NCBI GenBank assembly: GCA_964354685.1
Contig: CAYHAM010000005.1
Coordinates: 9,942-73,941, forward strand
Direction: 5' to 3'
DNA length: 64,000 nucleotides
Origin: an uncultured Methanosarcinales archaeon
GTDB taxonomy: Archaea; Nanobdellota; Nanobdellia; Woesearchaeales; JAGVZT01
Of the stretch, positions 9,737-19,913 are shown piece after piece. Every line of letters starts with the position of its first letter. Position 1 is the stretch's first letter. The notes under the pieces were generated by a model. It searched no databases, was not told the DNA's origin, and worked only from the letters and a program-made list of their open reading frames with translations. Position numbers and translations under genes: made by a program.

Positions 9737-10441
9737 ATGGCTGAAGAGATCTCAAATAGAACATTGGCTATTTTGTTGATTGTTGCGATTGCAATATCTT
9801 TGGGAGGCACGATAATTAGCTTGAACAGACTGGCACAGGTGCGTGTTCCTACTATAACAGCTGCTGCATTAACAGACACAGGGACAGCAACTGTAAATAT
9901 AACATCTCAGGCATCGATAATTTTTCATGCTGGCAATAACTCGATTGCTTTTGGTAGTGGATGGGTGAATAGCACAGAAAGCAGTGGAATTTGTGTTATG
10001 AGTGCTATAAATTCTAGTGATGGTACAGTAAATTCAGCTTGTAAAGGTAGTTGGGCTGCTGGTTTAAGTGGGTTTATAATAGAAAACAATGGAAACGTGA
10101 ATCTTACTGTTGAGGTTCATTCAGACAAAAACTCAACTGAGTTTTTGGGAAATCAAACTTCTGGAACTAATAACATGAATTTCACTTTTATGGCTTACAA
10201 CAATGAAACAGCATCATGCGGTCAATTGAACGCTAGTTGTGATGATGAGTGGCTTGCTTGGCCAAATGGGGATGCAAAAACAGGAATATGCTTTAATACA
10301 TCTAATGGTGGCTTGGGTTTTGATGACACTAAAGACTCAATGGTTATTGACATTAACTTGAGTATAGACTATAGAACCGTTCTCACTGGTAATGGTACTC
10401 AAACAGCAACAATAACTGCTACTGGTACTGCCCTTACTTAA
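9737..10441 (+). CDS. Pilin-like subunit, paralog C
   Basis: As paralogs A/B; ITAAA in place of ITGAA. Confidence 0.75.
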   Translation: MAEEISNRTLAILLIVAIAISLGGTIISLNRLAQVRVPTITAAALTDTGTATVNITSQASIIFHAGNNSIAFGSGWVNSTESSGICVMSAINSSDGTVNSACKGSWAAGLSGFIIENNGNVNLTVEVHSDKNSTEFLGNQTSGTNNMNFTFMAYNNETASCGQLNASCDDEWLAWPNGDAKTGICFNTSNGGLGFDDTKDSMVIDINLSIDYRTVLTGNGTQTATITATGTALT

Positions 10442-10601
10442 CTAGATTTTTTTATATCTTTTTTGTTTTTGGAAAAGAGAAAATGAGGTTATTTAAGGAT
10501 TTATTTCTATTATTAAAATTATGATTAGTAAGTTGCTATAAAACTAGCTAATATTATCTTCTATTAATATAATGATATTAATAACAAAATTTTTAATGAT
10601 A

Positions 10602-10647
10602 TTAGCGAGTTGCCAGTGTTTAACCACAAAATTGGCAACTCGTGGTG
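10602..10647 (+). repeat. Dispersed 46-bp hairpin element, copy 2
   Basis: TTAG-CGAGTTGCC-A-GTG-TTTAAC-CAC-AAAATT-GGCAACTCG-TGGTG. Confidence 0.9.
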
Positions 10648-10684
10648 CGTCTATAATTAGATATTCTCCATGTGGTTTTTCTTA

Positions 10685-10822
10685 TTGTTGATTATCAACT
10701 TTTTTAGCCAATTATTTGTTTATTGTTGATTTTCAACAATATTCCTTGTTTATATATAAACCAATATATGTTTAATATCAACAACAAAAGATTTATATAG
10801 GGGTTTTGTTGATTATAAACAA
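10685..10822. promoter_or_regulatory. Array of palindromic operator-like sites (GTTGAT-N-ATCAAC)
   Basis: gttgattatcaac, tattgttgattttcaacaata, gtttatatataaac, gtttaatatcaac, gttgattataaac around a TATA box. Confidence 0.65.
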
Positions 10823-10835
10823 CTGATGTGTTTTT

Positions 10836-11162
10836 ATGTATATTGATGAGTTTGAAAGCATGGTTAATGAAAAAGAGGTTGTGGATTTATTAAAGAAGAG
10901 CTTTGGTTCTAAAGCCAAGTTTAGGTTGATTGTTTTGGTTACATATTCACTTGAAAATCTTAATCATTCTCAGAAAACCTTGTTTGGTTATGCTTTAAAG
11001 GGCAGAACAGGTCAGAAAGGGTTTTTGGATAAACTAGATGGAGAGGCGGTTGGCAGGAACAATGTTCTGATTCCAGTTGATAATCTAACTCAGTTAAAGG
11101 AGTTTTTTGCAACATGGAATGTAAAGTATAATGTTAGAAAATTCATAGAATTAAAAGAATGA
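10836..11162 (+). CDS. Small basic alpha/beta protein, putative nucleic-acid-binding regulator
   Basis: YSLxxL..KxxFxYALxGR..G motif; preceded by the operator array. Confidence 0.6.
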   Translation: MYIDEFESMVNEKEVVDLLKKSFGSKAKFRLIVLVTYSLENLNHSQKTLFGYALKGRTGQKGFLDKLDGEAVGRNNVLIPVDNLTQLKEFFATWNVKYNVRKFIELKE

Positions 11163-13906
11163 AAAGAACATATAAGAAAAGGAAGGAGAAGCATTTTTCG
11201 AACAACTTAGTTGCGTTGCTTGCAGTTGCCTTTGCAATTATCTCCTTGATTTGTAATATGGAGGTGTATAAAGGAACAGCGAAACTTATGCCTGTTGGAA
11301 GAGCAGTTGCTCAGGGCACAGTTAGTTTCAACATAGCAGGTTATCAACCAGTTCCTTTTGTTACTTACCCAAATGGGTGTGAGGTTGTGAATGGAACTAT
11401 TATGATAAATTCAACAGTGACTGATAAAGATGGTAATGACAGCATAGCTAATGTTAGCTTTTATTATTCAGGCGCGTTTAATGAATCTGGCCAAACATAT
11501 GTTGGTATACAAGTTTATGATGGGGATGTTTATTATGAGCAGAGCTGGAACACAAGCAATGTTTCAGATGGGATATACTACAAAATAAGGATTAATTCTG
11601 TTGACAATAAATCAATAACTGCTCAAGACAAGTCAAACAATTTCTTTGCAGTTAATAACATTGATGAGGTACCAGAGTGGGAGGAGTTCAAGTATGGTGT
11701 TTCAACAAATCTAAGCACGTTGAGCAAATGGTGGAATGTGAGCAATTTGCTGCTTGGTAATAATTATGGAATGATAAACTTCTCTAGCCAAACGCTTAAT
11801 GTGGATGGTGTTAATCTTTCAGCGTATATAGAGATAACTTTTGCAAAAATATTTTTGGATGATGATTACTTGCCATGTATGAGTGTTCCTGCTTACCTTC
11901 ACTTTTTTAATGTGAGCTTGACTGATCCTAGAATATTGAGGGATGGCGTGGAGTGTTCAGCACCTGCTTGTATCTTGATTTCAAATAATGGGAACGATGT
12001 TGTTTATAGGGTTTTAACCTTCTCAACATATGAGGTTTTTGATAATGCACAGCTTGAGATTTGGGATGTTACAGACAAAGGTGTTTATAATGGTAACCAA
12101 ACAAGGTATAAGAATGAGCAAACCGAGTTTTATGCAAATTTAACTTCAAATGGAACAGCAGTAAATGATAATTACACAAGCTGTTGGATAAGGTTCAACA
12201 TATCCGCAGATGAAACAGAATGGGAGGAGATGGAATTTAAGGGAAGCAGTTATCTTTATGAATCCCATCGAAAGTTTAATAATCCTGGTATCTACCCTTG
12301 GAAGGTTGTTTGTAATAACACTCAATCTGTGTATTTCAACTATACTAGAAATGATACTGTTAATATTTCTAACAGAGCTCCTGTTTTGACTTCTGCTTTA
12401 CCAAATATAACAATGCTGGAGGATAGGCAGCTTCTGTATGTTGATCTTGATGATTATTTTGAAGATCCTGATGGTGACACTATGACTTATAATAGTTCTT
12501 ATGTGCCAAATATAGTTATAACAATTGGAATAGGTAATATTGTTACTGTGGCTCCTGCTCAAAACTGGTATGGTAACAGGAGTTTTTTCATTAATGCAAT
12601 AGATGCATTCAACGCAACAACACAGAGTAATAGAATTTATATAACCGTAATCGATGTTCCAGAACCTTTACCAGAAACTGGTGCTGGCGGTGGTGGTGGT
12701 GGCGGAGGAGGCTATACTGAGACAGAATACATTGAAAGACCAGATTGTGTTGATAAGTGGAGGTGTTCATCATGGTCTGCTTGTGAGTTTAGATGGCCTG
12801 ATATTGAGGTTGATGAGATAAATGAGAATGATGGTATAAGAACAAGAAGTTGTGTTGATGTTAATAAGTGCAACTATTTTTGGAAGAAGCCCAATGAGAC
12901 AATGGATTGTTTTTATCAGCCAACATGCGATGATCATATCAAAAACCAAAAAGAGGAAAAAGTGGATTGCGGTGGGCCTAATTGCCCTGTTTGTCCAACA
13001 TGTGAGGATGGGGTTCAAAACCAGAATGAGACTGGCATGGATTGCGGTGGGCCTTGTAAGAGTTGTCCAAGCTGTTATGACGGTATACAAAACCAAGGTG
13101 AGGAAGGGGTTGATTGTGGTGGGCCTTGTAAGAGTTGTGCTTTGTTGGAAAAGCCAGAGCCTATTTTTGATTGGTTGATGATTGGATTGTTTGTTTTGAT
13201 GCTTTCGGTTTTGTTGTTTACAACATACATATTTGTTAGGCCTTACATTGTTAGGATAACCTTGAGTATAATGGGGCTAAAAGAGAGGATAAGGAGGAAA
13301 GAGGTGCCAACAAAGAGTTTGCTTGATTTAGAGTTAGACACATTGTTCAAGTTAGACAAACTAATCAAGATGTTAGAAAAGGGTGATCTAGATGATATAT
13401 CAAAACAATTCAATGCTGTTTTTAGAAGGTTTTTGAAAGAGGCGCTTAAAATAGAGTATGAGTTTACATATGAAGAGTTACAAGAGGAGATTAAGAAGCA
13501 GAATCTGCCTAGGTTATTAAAGATTGCTTTGAGTAATTATGTAAAAGAGCTCACTGAGATTCAGTATGGAAAGAGAAAACTAACAAAAGAATTGTTGAGT
13601 ATGGAGATTAAAAGAGCAAAGGAGCTTGTTGATTTGATTGTAAAAAATCTTCCAAAAGAGGTGGTGGCTGTAGAGAAAAAAGCTAAAGTGAGAGAATCTA
13701 GAGTTGATATAATAAGTGTGTATAAGCTAATTGTGGATGCAGAGAGGGCTTTGGCAAAGAAGGATATTGAGAAGGCAGGTAAGGTTTATAGTGAAATAGC
13801 CTCTGTTTATAAAAGACTACCTGATAAGCAAAAGAGGGAGATTTATCAAAAGGTATCAAAATTGGTGAAAGATATTGATGGTATGTCAAAGGATATGAAA
13901 AGATGA
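11159..13906 (+). CDS. Large surface glycoprotein with Ig/cadherin-like domains, poly-Gly linker, Cys-rich repeats, TM and helical cytoplasmic tail
   Basis: N-terminal TM + AQGTVSFNI; DLDDYFEDPDGD; three CxDGxQNQxExGxDCGGPC-type repeats; IEYEFTYEEL domain. Confidence 0.8.
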   Translation: MKRTYKKRKEKHFSNNLVALLAVAFAIISLICNMEVYKGTAKLMPVGRAVAQGTVSFNIAGYQPVPFVTYPNGCEVVNGTIMINSTVTDKDGNDSIANVSFYYSGAFNESGQTYVGIQVYDGDVYYEQSWNTSNVSDGIYYKIRINSVDNKSITAQDKSNNFFAVNNIDEVPEWEEFKYGVSTNLSTLSKWWNVSNLLLGNNYGMINFSSQTLNVDGVNLSAYIEITFAKIFLDDDYLPCMSVPAYLHFFNVSLTDPRILRDGVECSAPACILISNNGNDVVYRVLTFSTYEVFDNAQLEIWDVTDKGVYNGNQTRYKNEQTEFYANLTSNGTAVNDNYTSCWIRFNISADETEWEEMEFKGSSYLYESHRKFNNPGIYPWKVVCNNTQSVYFNYTRNDTVNISNRAPVLTSALPNITMLEDRQLLYVDLDDYFEDPDGDTMTYNSSYVPNIVITIGIGNIVTVAPAQNWYGNRSFFINAIDAFNATTQSNRIYITVIDVPEPLPETGAGGGGGGGGGYTETEYIERPDCVDKWRCSSWSACEFRWPDIEVDEINENDGIRTRSCVDVNKCNYFWKKPNETMDCFYQPTCDDHIKNQKEEKVDCGGPNCPVCPTCEDGVQNQNETGMDCGGPCKSCPSCYDGIQNQGEEGVDCGGPCKSCALLEKPEPIFDWLMIGLFVLMLSVLLFTTYIFVRPYIVRITLSIMGLKERIRRKEVPTKSLLDLELDTLFKLDKLIKMLEKGDLDDISKQFNAVFRRFLKEALKIEYEFTYEELQEEIKKQNLPRLLKIALSNYVKELTEIQYGKRKLTKELLSMEIKRAKELVDLIVKNLPKEVVAVEKKAKVRESRVDIISVYKLIVDAERALAKKDIEKAGKVYSEIASVYKRLPDKQKREIYQKVSKLVKDIDGMSKDMKR

Positions 13907-16900
13907 GTGAAAATAAGAGAAGAGGGATAGTGAAAATATTGTTGTTGGTTTTTGTACTAATATTAAGTATAGTTTTTTTGAATAGTGTAAAAGCCACTGA
14001 TCCATCTTTTGATCCATCGCCTCCTTCAATGTTTAATCTAACACAGGATGTAAATTTTTATTATGATTTGAACGCAACTGATCCTGACAATAACACACCA
14101 TTCGTATTTTCTGATGATGCTGCATCTAGGGGTTGGTACGTATTTTTGATGAATAATGTAACGGGTGAGATAAACTTTACTCCATCAAATGATGATGTTG
14201 GATCAAACCAAGTTACTCTAATTGTTACTGATAGTAATTTAGAGCAGGATTCTAAGCTTGTTAATTTCAATGTGTCGAATGTGAATGACCCTCCGAATAT
14301 AACAGGATATACACCAACAAATTTAACACCAACAATCTATGAGAATGATTCTATTGGGTTTACATTTAATTACAATGCAACTGATCCTGATCTTCCTTAT
14401 GGTGATTCATTAACAAACACGTGGTATATGGATGGGGTTAACCAATCAAACAACCAGTCTTGGACTTACACACCTGACTTTTGTGAACCAAGTAATAGAA
14501 ACATAACCCTGATTGTCTGGGATTTGTATAATGCTACTGACAGTGTTGAGTGGAATGTGACTGTTATCAATGTTAACAGGCCTGTTGAATTTAACTCAAG
14601 CAGTCCAATACAGGATATAACCTGGCCAGAGGACACAGACCTAATAAACAACATATCATTAAACAATTATTTCTATGATCTTGATTATTCTGAGTGTAAT
14701 GATTCTCTGAATTTCAGTGTTGTTGGCAATCAGAGTATTGTGGTTAATATAAGCAGTATAACACCTCACAATGTTAGCTTCCACACACTACCTGACTGGT
14801 TTGGGGTGGAGGTAATTAATTTCACTGCTTGGGATGGTTATGACAATGCAACTAGCAACAATGTTGTGCTCAATGTCACTGATGTGGAAGACGCGCCTGT
14901 TATTGAGAATATCTCTGACCAGGTTGCTTATGCTTATGCTCCCTTTAGTCTACAAGTGAATGCAAGTGACCCTGATAATGATACTTTGACTTATTATGAT
15001 AATACAACTATGTTTGATATCAATCCATCAACTGGTTTGATTTCATTTACACCCAACCAATCTAATGTGGGAAATTATTCTATTATGATTAATGTTACTG
15101 ATGATGCAAACAATGTTTTCACAACCTTTGATTTGACAATTTACAACAATTCTGTACCAGGCATAGATTTAATCACAGATCAAGTTGTTGAGGAGAGCAG
15201 TTTGTTCCAGATAACTGTTAATGGCTCTGATTCTGATGCAGACAATCTCACTTTCCAGACAAATTATTCTGCAATGATAAATCCTGTTTGGAGCAATGCC
15301 ACTTCTGCAACATTTAGCTTTACTCCGTACCAGTATAATGTTGGCAATCATTCAATTAAGGTCACTGTTTTGGATGAGCATGGTGCAAGCAATTTCACGA
15401 TATTTAATTTGAGTGTTACTGATATCAACAACCCTCCTGTTCTAGATTCAATACCAACTCCACAGATTGTGAAGATAAACAAGAGTTTCACAATGCAGTT
15501 AAATGCAAGTGATGCTGATGGTGATGAGTTGAACTTTACCCATAATGCTTCTCCTGTTGATTTTCCAAACTTTTATATGAATAGCAGTGGGTTTATCAAC
15601 TTTACAGCAAATGCATCTGATGAGGGCAATCATAGTTTGAATATTACTGTCTGGGATGTAACTGCTGTGCCAAAGCAGGATTCCCAGATTGTTTTATATA
15701 TAGTTACATATAACAGACCACCAATTATAGATGCAGTGGGTATGCAGAATGGAACAGAGGATGATTTATTTACCTTACAGATAAATGCAACTGATCCTGA
15801 CAATGATCCAATAGTATTTTATACAAACTCAACAATATTTAACATAAGCACTGGTGGTTTGATAAACTTCACTCCTAATGGAAGCCATGTTGGTTTGCAT
15901 AATATCTCTGTTAATGTTAGTGATGGGGATGGCGGGTGGGGGAATATTACATTTTTACTGAATATATCTGATAAGAATGATGCTCCTTACTTCGATCCTC
16001 CTCTAGAAAATTTGAGTATATGGAACAACATATATGAAGATTCGTTGATTGAGATATATGTTAATGCAACTGATGAGGAGAATGATGATTTGACGTTTAC
16101 AAGAACATTCTTAAATGGGTCTACTATATTCAACATAACAAAGATAGGAACAAATCAGGCTCTGATAAATTTCACTCCTACACAGGCTGATGTGGGGTAT
16201 AATTACTCTGTTAATATAACTGTTAGTGATGGTATAAACACAACATGGGTTGTTATAAACTTCAGTGTTTATAATGTGAATGATGCACCAAATATAACTA
16301 GAGTGTATCCTTATGGAACACCATTGTCGAATTATACTGTTTTTGGTTGGGCCAATCATAGCTATTTCCCAAATGGAAGTTGGATAAATGCTTCTGAGAA
16401 TATGAGTATTTTCTTTAATCATAGTAGTACTGATCCTGATAATGCAAGCTTGATTTATATATGGTATTTTAATGGTAATATTGTTAATAACCAATCATAT
16501 TGGAATTATTCTTTGAATTTTAGCTCAAATGGCACTCATAATGTAACTCTAGTTGTTAGTGATGGTAATTTGAGTGATAGCATGTATTGGAACTTGAGTG
16601 TTTCAAATGTGAATAGGCCACCTGTGTTTGGCAAAAAGATTCATGATGATTATGCTGACTTTTCAGGAGGGAGTTTTTATAGAACCAATGTAACTTCAGA
16701 TGGAAGAATAGAGTTAAGCGAGAACTCAAGCTATTATCCAAATGGTTTGTATAATTCCTCTGTTATTAATCTTGATATGGATGATGGGTTTAATTATAGC
16801 ACGATTAGCTGGTCAGCATATGTGCCTAATGGTACAAGTGCAGATATAAAGACAAGAACATCCACAGATGGTTTATCTTGGAGTAGTTGGAGCAGTGCCA

Positions 16901-18090
16901 TTAATATAACTGGTAATGGTAATGTAGAATTTCCCTCACTTAGTTATAGGTATGTTCAATACATGATAAACCTTTCAACATCAAACACATCAATAACACC
17001 TTATATTAGTAGCATTACAATAAATTATGTTGTATCAAACAAAAGTCTGGCTGAAAACCAAGATGTTAATTATGGCGCATGGATTGATTTAGATGATTTC
17101 TTCTATGACCCTGATGGTGATAGCTTAAATTTCAGTGTTGGTGGTGAGTCAAATATTGATGTTATAATACAGAACACAACAAACTTTGTTGGCTTGTTCC
17201 CAGTTAGTGTTGGTACTGATACAATAACATTTAGTGCAATTGATAGCAATGGGGATAACATAACTAGCAACTCTTTCTTAATAATAGTGACTGAGGCAAC
17301 TGGAACAGGGTTGCAAGAGACAAGTAGTAGTGGGGGCACAAGCGTGGTGATTAGGACAAAGGTGAAAGAGGAGGAGAAAGAGGTGGAGAAGATCATCAAC
17401 CTTGATATTATTGTGCCAGAGGCTTTGACGACTTATAGGAACTCAACGATTGTTTCTCCAATTAGACTTAGAAACACTGGAAAAGAGGTTTTGGAGAATA
17501 TTAATTTGTCAGCAAGTTCAAACAATACAGGGCTAACAATGGAGTTTACAAAGAGTTTCTTCAAGAGCTTGGGAGTTAATGAGGAAGAGAAAACAAATCT
17601 TGTTATAACCTCTCCTGAATTTTTAGGTAATTATGAGATTGTGGTGACAGCTAGTGTGCAAAACCCAGAGTTTGAGGATAGTGCAAAAATAATTTTGAAC
17701 ACACTTGAGAAGGGAGAGCTCAACAAGACTCAGCTCTATACAAAAATAACCTTTACTGAAGATTTGTTGCTTGCAAACCCAGAGTGTTTGGAACTGATGG
17801 AGCTTTTGAAGGAGGCTGAGAAGGCTGTGAATGAATCAAGGTTTGTTGATGCAAATGATCAGATAGAGAAGGCAATAAGGGGTTGTAGGTATTTAATAGC
17901 AGCAAAAGAAACCTTTTTAGAAGAGCCAAGTCCTATTGAGAGAATATATGATAGGATATTTGGATTGACCTCAAAGAACAGGGTGTTGAGTTATGTCTTG
18001 ATAATTGCGGGTATATTCACACTTCTGACTTTCTCGCTCTTGTGGGAGAGATTTAGAAAGGGGAGGGAGTTAAAGAAAAAGAAGTCTTAA
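13903..18090 (+). CDS. Giant adhesin with tandem cadherin-like/He_PIG repeats, C-terminal TM
   Basis: Signal peptide; repeated NAxDxDND...GxINFTP...VGxxxxxIxVxD and NxxP linkers. Confidence 0.85.
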   Translation: MSENKRRGIVKILLLVFVLILSIVFLNSVKATDPSFDPSPPSMFNLTQDVNFYYDLNATDPDNNTPFVFSDDAASRGWYVFLMNNVTGEINFTPSNDDVGSNQVTLIVTDSNLEQDSKLVNFNVSNVNDPPNITGYTPTNLTPTIYENDSIGFTFNYNATDPDLPYGDSLTNTWYMDGVNQSNNQSWTYTPDFCEPSNRNITLIVWDLYNATDSVEWNVTVINVNRPVEFNSSSPIQDITWPEDTDLINNISLNNYFYDLDYSECNDSLNFSVVGNQSIVVNISSITPHNVSFHTLPDWFGVEVINFTAWDGYDNATSNNVVLNVTDVEDAPVIENISDQVAYAYAPFSLQVNASDPDNDTLTYYDNTTMFDINPSTGLISFTPNQSNVGNYSIMINVTDDANNVFTTFDLTIYNNSVPGIDLITDQVVEESSLFQITVNGSDSDADNLTFQTNYSAMINPVWSNATSATFSFTPYQYNVGNHSIKVTVLDEHGASNFTIFNLSVTDINNPPVLDSIPTPQIVKINKSFTMQLNASDADGDELNFTHNASPVDFPNFYMNSSGFINFTANASDEGNHSLNITVWDVTAVPKQDSQIVLYIVTYNRPPIIDAVGMQNGTEDDLFTLQINATDPDNDPIVFYTNSTIFNISTGGLINFTPNGSHVGLHNISVNVSDGDGGWGNITFLLNISDKNDAPYFDPPLENLSIWNNIYEDSLIEIYVNATDEENDDLTFTRTFLNGSTIFNITKIGTNQALINFTPTQADVGYNYSVNITVSDGINTTWVVINFSVYNVNDAPNITRVYPYGTPLSNYTVFGWANHSYFPNGSWINASENMSIFFNHSSTDPDNASLIYIWYFNGNIVNNQSYWNYSLNFSSNGTHNVTLVVSDGNLSDSMYWNLSVSNVNRPPVFGKKIHDDYADFSGGSFYRTNVTSDGRIELSENSSYYPNGLYNSSVINLDMDDGFNYSTISWSAYVPNGTSADIKTRTSTDGLSWSSWSSAINITGNGNVEFPSLSYRYVQYMINLSTSNTSITPYISSITINYVVSNKSLAENQDVNYGAWIDLDDFFYDPDGDSLNFSVGGESNIDVIIQNTTNFVGLFPVSVGTDTITFSAIDSNGDNITSNSFLIIVTEATGTGLQETSSSGGTSVVIRTKVKEEEKEVEKIINLDIIVPEALTTYRNSTIVSPIRLRNTGKEVLENINLSASSNNTGLTMEFTKSFFKSLGVNEEEKTNLVITSPEFLGNYEIVVTASVQNPEFEDSAKIILNTLEKGELNKTQLYTKITFTEDLLLANPECLELMELLKEAEKAVNESRFVDANDQIEKAIRGCRYLIAAKETFLEEPSPIERIYDRIFGLTSKNRVLSYVLIIAGIFTLLTFSLLWERFRKGRELKKKKS

Positions 18091-18136
18091 TAAATTTTTT
18101 TATGAGTAATTTTTAATAATGAATAATAAAATAGAA

Positions 18137-19795
18137 TTATGTCAGTCGTGAGAGTTTAAGATCAATATCAATACCTGTTAGATCATAAGATATTCTCTTT
18201 GAGTCTTCGCTCTTGAGTCTTAGGTATTTTTTGATTTGAAGGGCTTTTGAGTATGTGTCCATTGCTGATGAATAATTTCCTTGGTTTATTAGGTGTTGGG
18301 TTGTTTGAATCAGGTTATCAAGGTCTTCAATTTGTAATTTTGAGGTTGGTTTTTTGATTGGTTGAGTGAGTTCTGTCTTTGTTGATTCTGATTTGGGTTT
18401 TGATATTAAAGTGGTTGTTTTTTCAGATGGGTTTGGTTGAGTTTGGATTTCGTGAGCATAAGATGAAACAAGAATAGACTTTGGTCTAAAAGAGGCGTCT
18501 CCTTTTTGGATTGATTCTAGTTCTAAGGAGGGTATGTTTTCTATTGTTGGTTGTTTTTCAAATTTGGCTTGCTTTGATGGTTGTTGAGGATAGAACTCTA
18601 GTTCTGGTTGTTCTGGTTTAAATTGAGTGGGAGCCTTTTTCTTCATTTCTAAATCAGGGATGACTGGTTTCTTCTTAATACGTGGTTTTAATGATTGTTG
18701 TACTTTTGGTTCACTTATTTTTGGTGTGACCATCTCAGGCAGAGAGTTAATATCTATTTTTGGAGGGGGTGGAGTAGGCATAAGTGGAGGTAGTTCCATT
18801 TCTTCAATGTGTTTTTTTGGTTTGAATAATGATTTCAAGAAAGATTTTTTTGTGGGTTGTTCTTCTTCTGATACAAGTTTCATTTCTTGAGATAGCTCTT
18901 CTTCTAATTCTAACCCAGGCATCGGAGGGGGTGGAGGTAGGTCCAACTCTGGTTGGGTTGTCGGCTTGGTTGTTGGTTCTGTTATTGGTTTTTCTATTGG
19001 CTCTGGCTCTTTTAATGAGTTGACTTCTTTTCTTAATTGTGTTATCTCTTTTTTGATTTGCCTTGCCTCAATAGGTGTAAGTGTATTGTATAGTGCATCT
19101 ATTTTTGATAGTTGTGATTCTGCTTTTGCAATGCGGTTGTTGCTTATATCCTCATAGCTTTCTGCCAACATACTATACAAAAAGGTTAATTTGTCTTGTG
19201 GTGTTTTTCTCAACCACTTTAATGTTAATGCTGATGTTAGGTTAAATTTGAGGTTGGTTATTGTTCTATTTAATTTTCCTTCAGATGGAGCCTTTTTCTT
19301 CAATTTGATTTTTGGTTTGGGAGTAGCAGTCTTTTTTATTCTTAATTTGACTAACAATCTAGAAAGCAAACCATGTTTTGTACTTGTTATAATAGCATGT
19401 TTCTCTTCTAAAACAAGGGGTATTAGGTTTTCAAACTTTTGAAGTTGTTGGTTTAATTCTTCTATGGTGTAGCCCTCTTGCTTAAACTCCATATTGGATA
19501 GATGCTTGAAAAATTCGGTGAGTTCTGATTTTAGCTCTGGGGAGAGTCTTCTATTCTCCATCTCTTTGACAAACTCTTCATAGGTGAAGTAATACCTGAT
19601 TTTAAGTAGTTTCATAAAGAAGAATCTGATAATTGCTGAGAATTCTGAAGAATGGTCTTTTTCAGGAGTGTCAGAGATCTGCTGTCTTAACTTTTGGAGT
19701 TTGTTTTTTGTTATCTCATCTACTCTTATTTCAGGTTCATTTTGTTTTTTGCGCTTAAACCTCTTTTTTAATCTTGATTTGATAGGAATAGCCAT
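18137..19795 (-). CDS. Cytoplasmic Pro/Lys/Glu-rich helical protein
   Basis: N-terminal IRYYFTYEEF domain like the tail of the 11159 gene; poly-Pro linkers; TPR-like end. Confidence 0.65.
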   Translation of the reverse strand: MAIPIKSRLKKRFKRKKQNEPEIRVDEITKNKLQKLRQQISDTPEKDHSSEFSAIIRFFFMKLLKIRYYFTYEEFVKEMENRRLSPELKSELTEFFKHLSNMEFKQEGYTIEELNQQLQKFENLIPLVLEEKHAIITSTKHGLLSRLLVKLRIKKTATPKPKIKLKKKAPSEGKLNRTITNLKFNLTSALTLKWLRKTPQDKLTFLYSMLAESYEDISNNRIAKAESQLSKIDALYNTLTPIEARQIKKEITQLRKEVNSLKEPEPIEKPITEPTTKPTTQPELDLPPPPPMPGLELEEELSQEMKLVSEEEQPTKKSFLKSLFKPKKHIEEMELPPLMPTPPPPKIDINSLPEMVTPKISEPKVQQSLKPRIKKKPVIPDLEMKKKAPTQFKPEQPELEFYPQQPSKQAKFEKQPTIENIPSLELESIQKGDASFRPKSILVSSYAHEIQTQPNPSEKTTTLISKPKSESTKTELTQPIKKPTSKLQIEDLDNLIQTTQHLINQGNYSSAMDTYSKALQIKKYLRLKSEDSKRISYDLTGIDIDLKLSRLT

Positions 19796-19913
19796 TCTCA
19801 GAGAGGATATAAGTGTTGGTTTATTTAAATATTTCTGAATTGTTTTAGGAGTTGTTTACTATTTTTGAGTAGAACAATAACATATATATACTAGTTTGAT
19901 AGAATATGGCATC

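Larger units (their letters stand above)
9399..10497 (+). repeat. Duplicated unit C
   Basis: Near-identical to 6622-7718; ends in atgaggttatttaag (truncated start of the 7704 gene). Confidence 0.9.

Noticed and set aside
5544..10441. Diversity-generating retroelement behind the pilin variation
   Set aside because: Differences include indels and non-adenine changes; no reverse transcriptase in the window.
5544..10441. Paralogs as type IV pilins/archaellins for the 32.8-36.2 kb ATPase locus
   Set aside because: No class III signal peptide motif before the hydrophobic helix.
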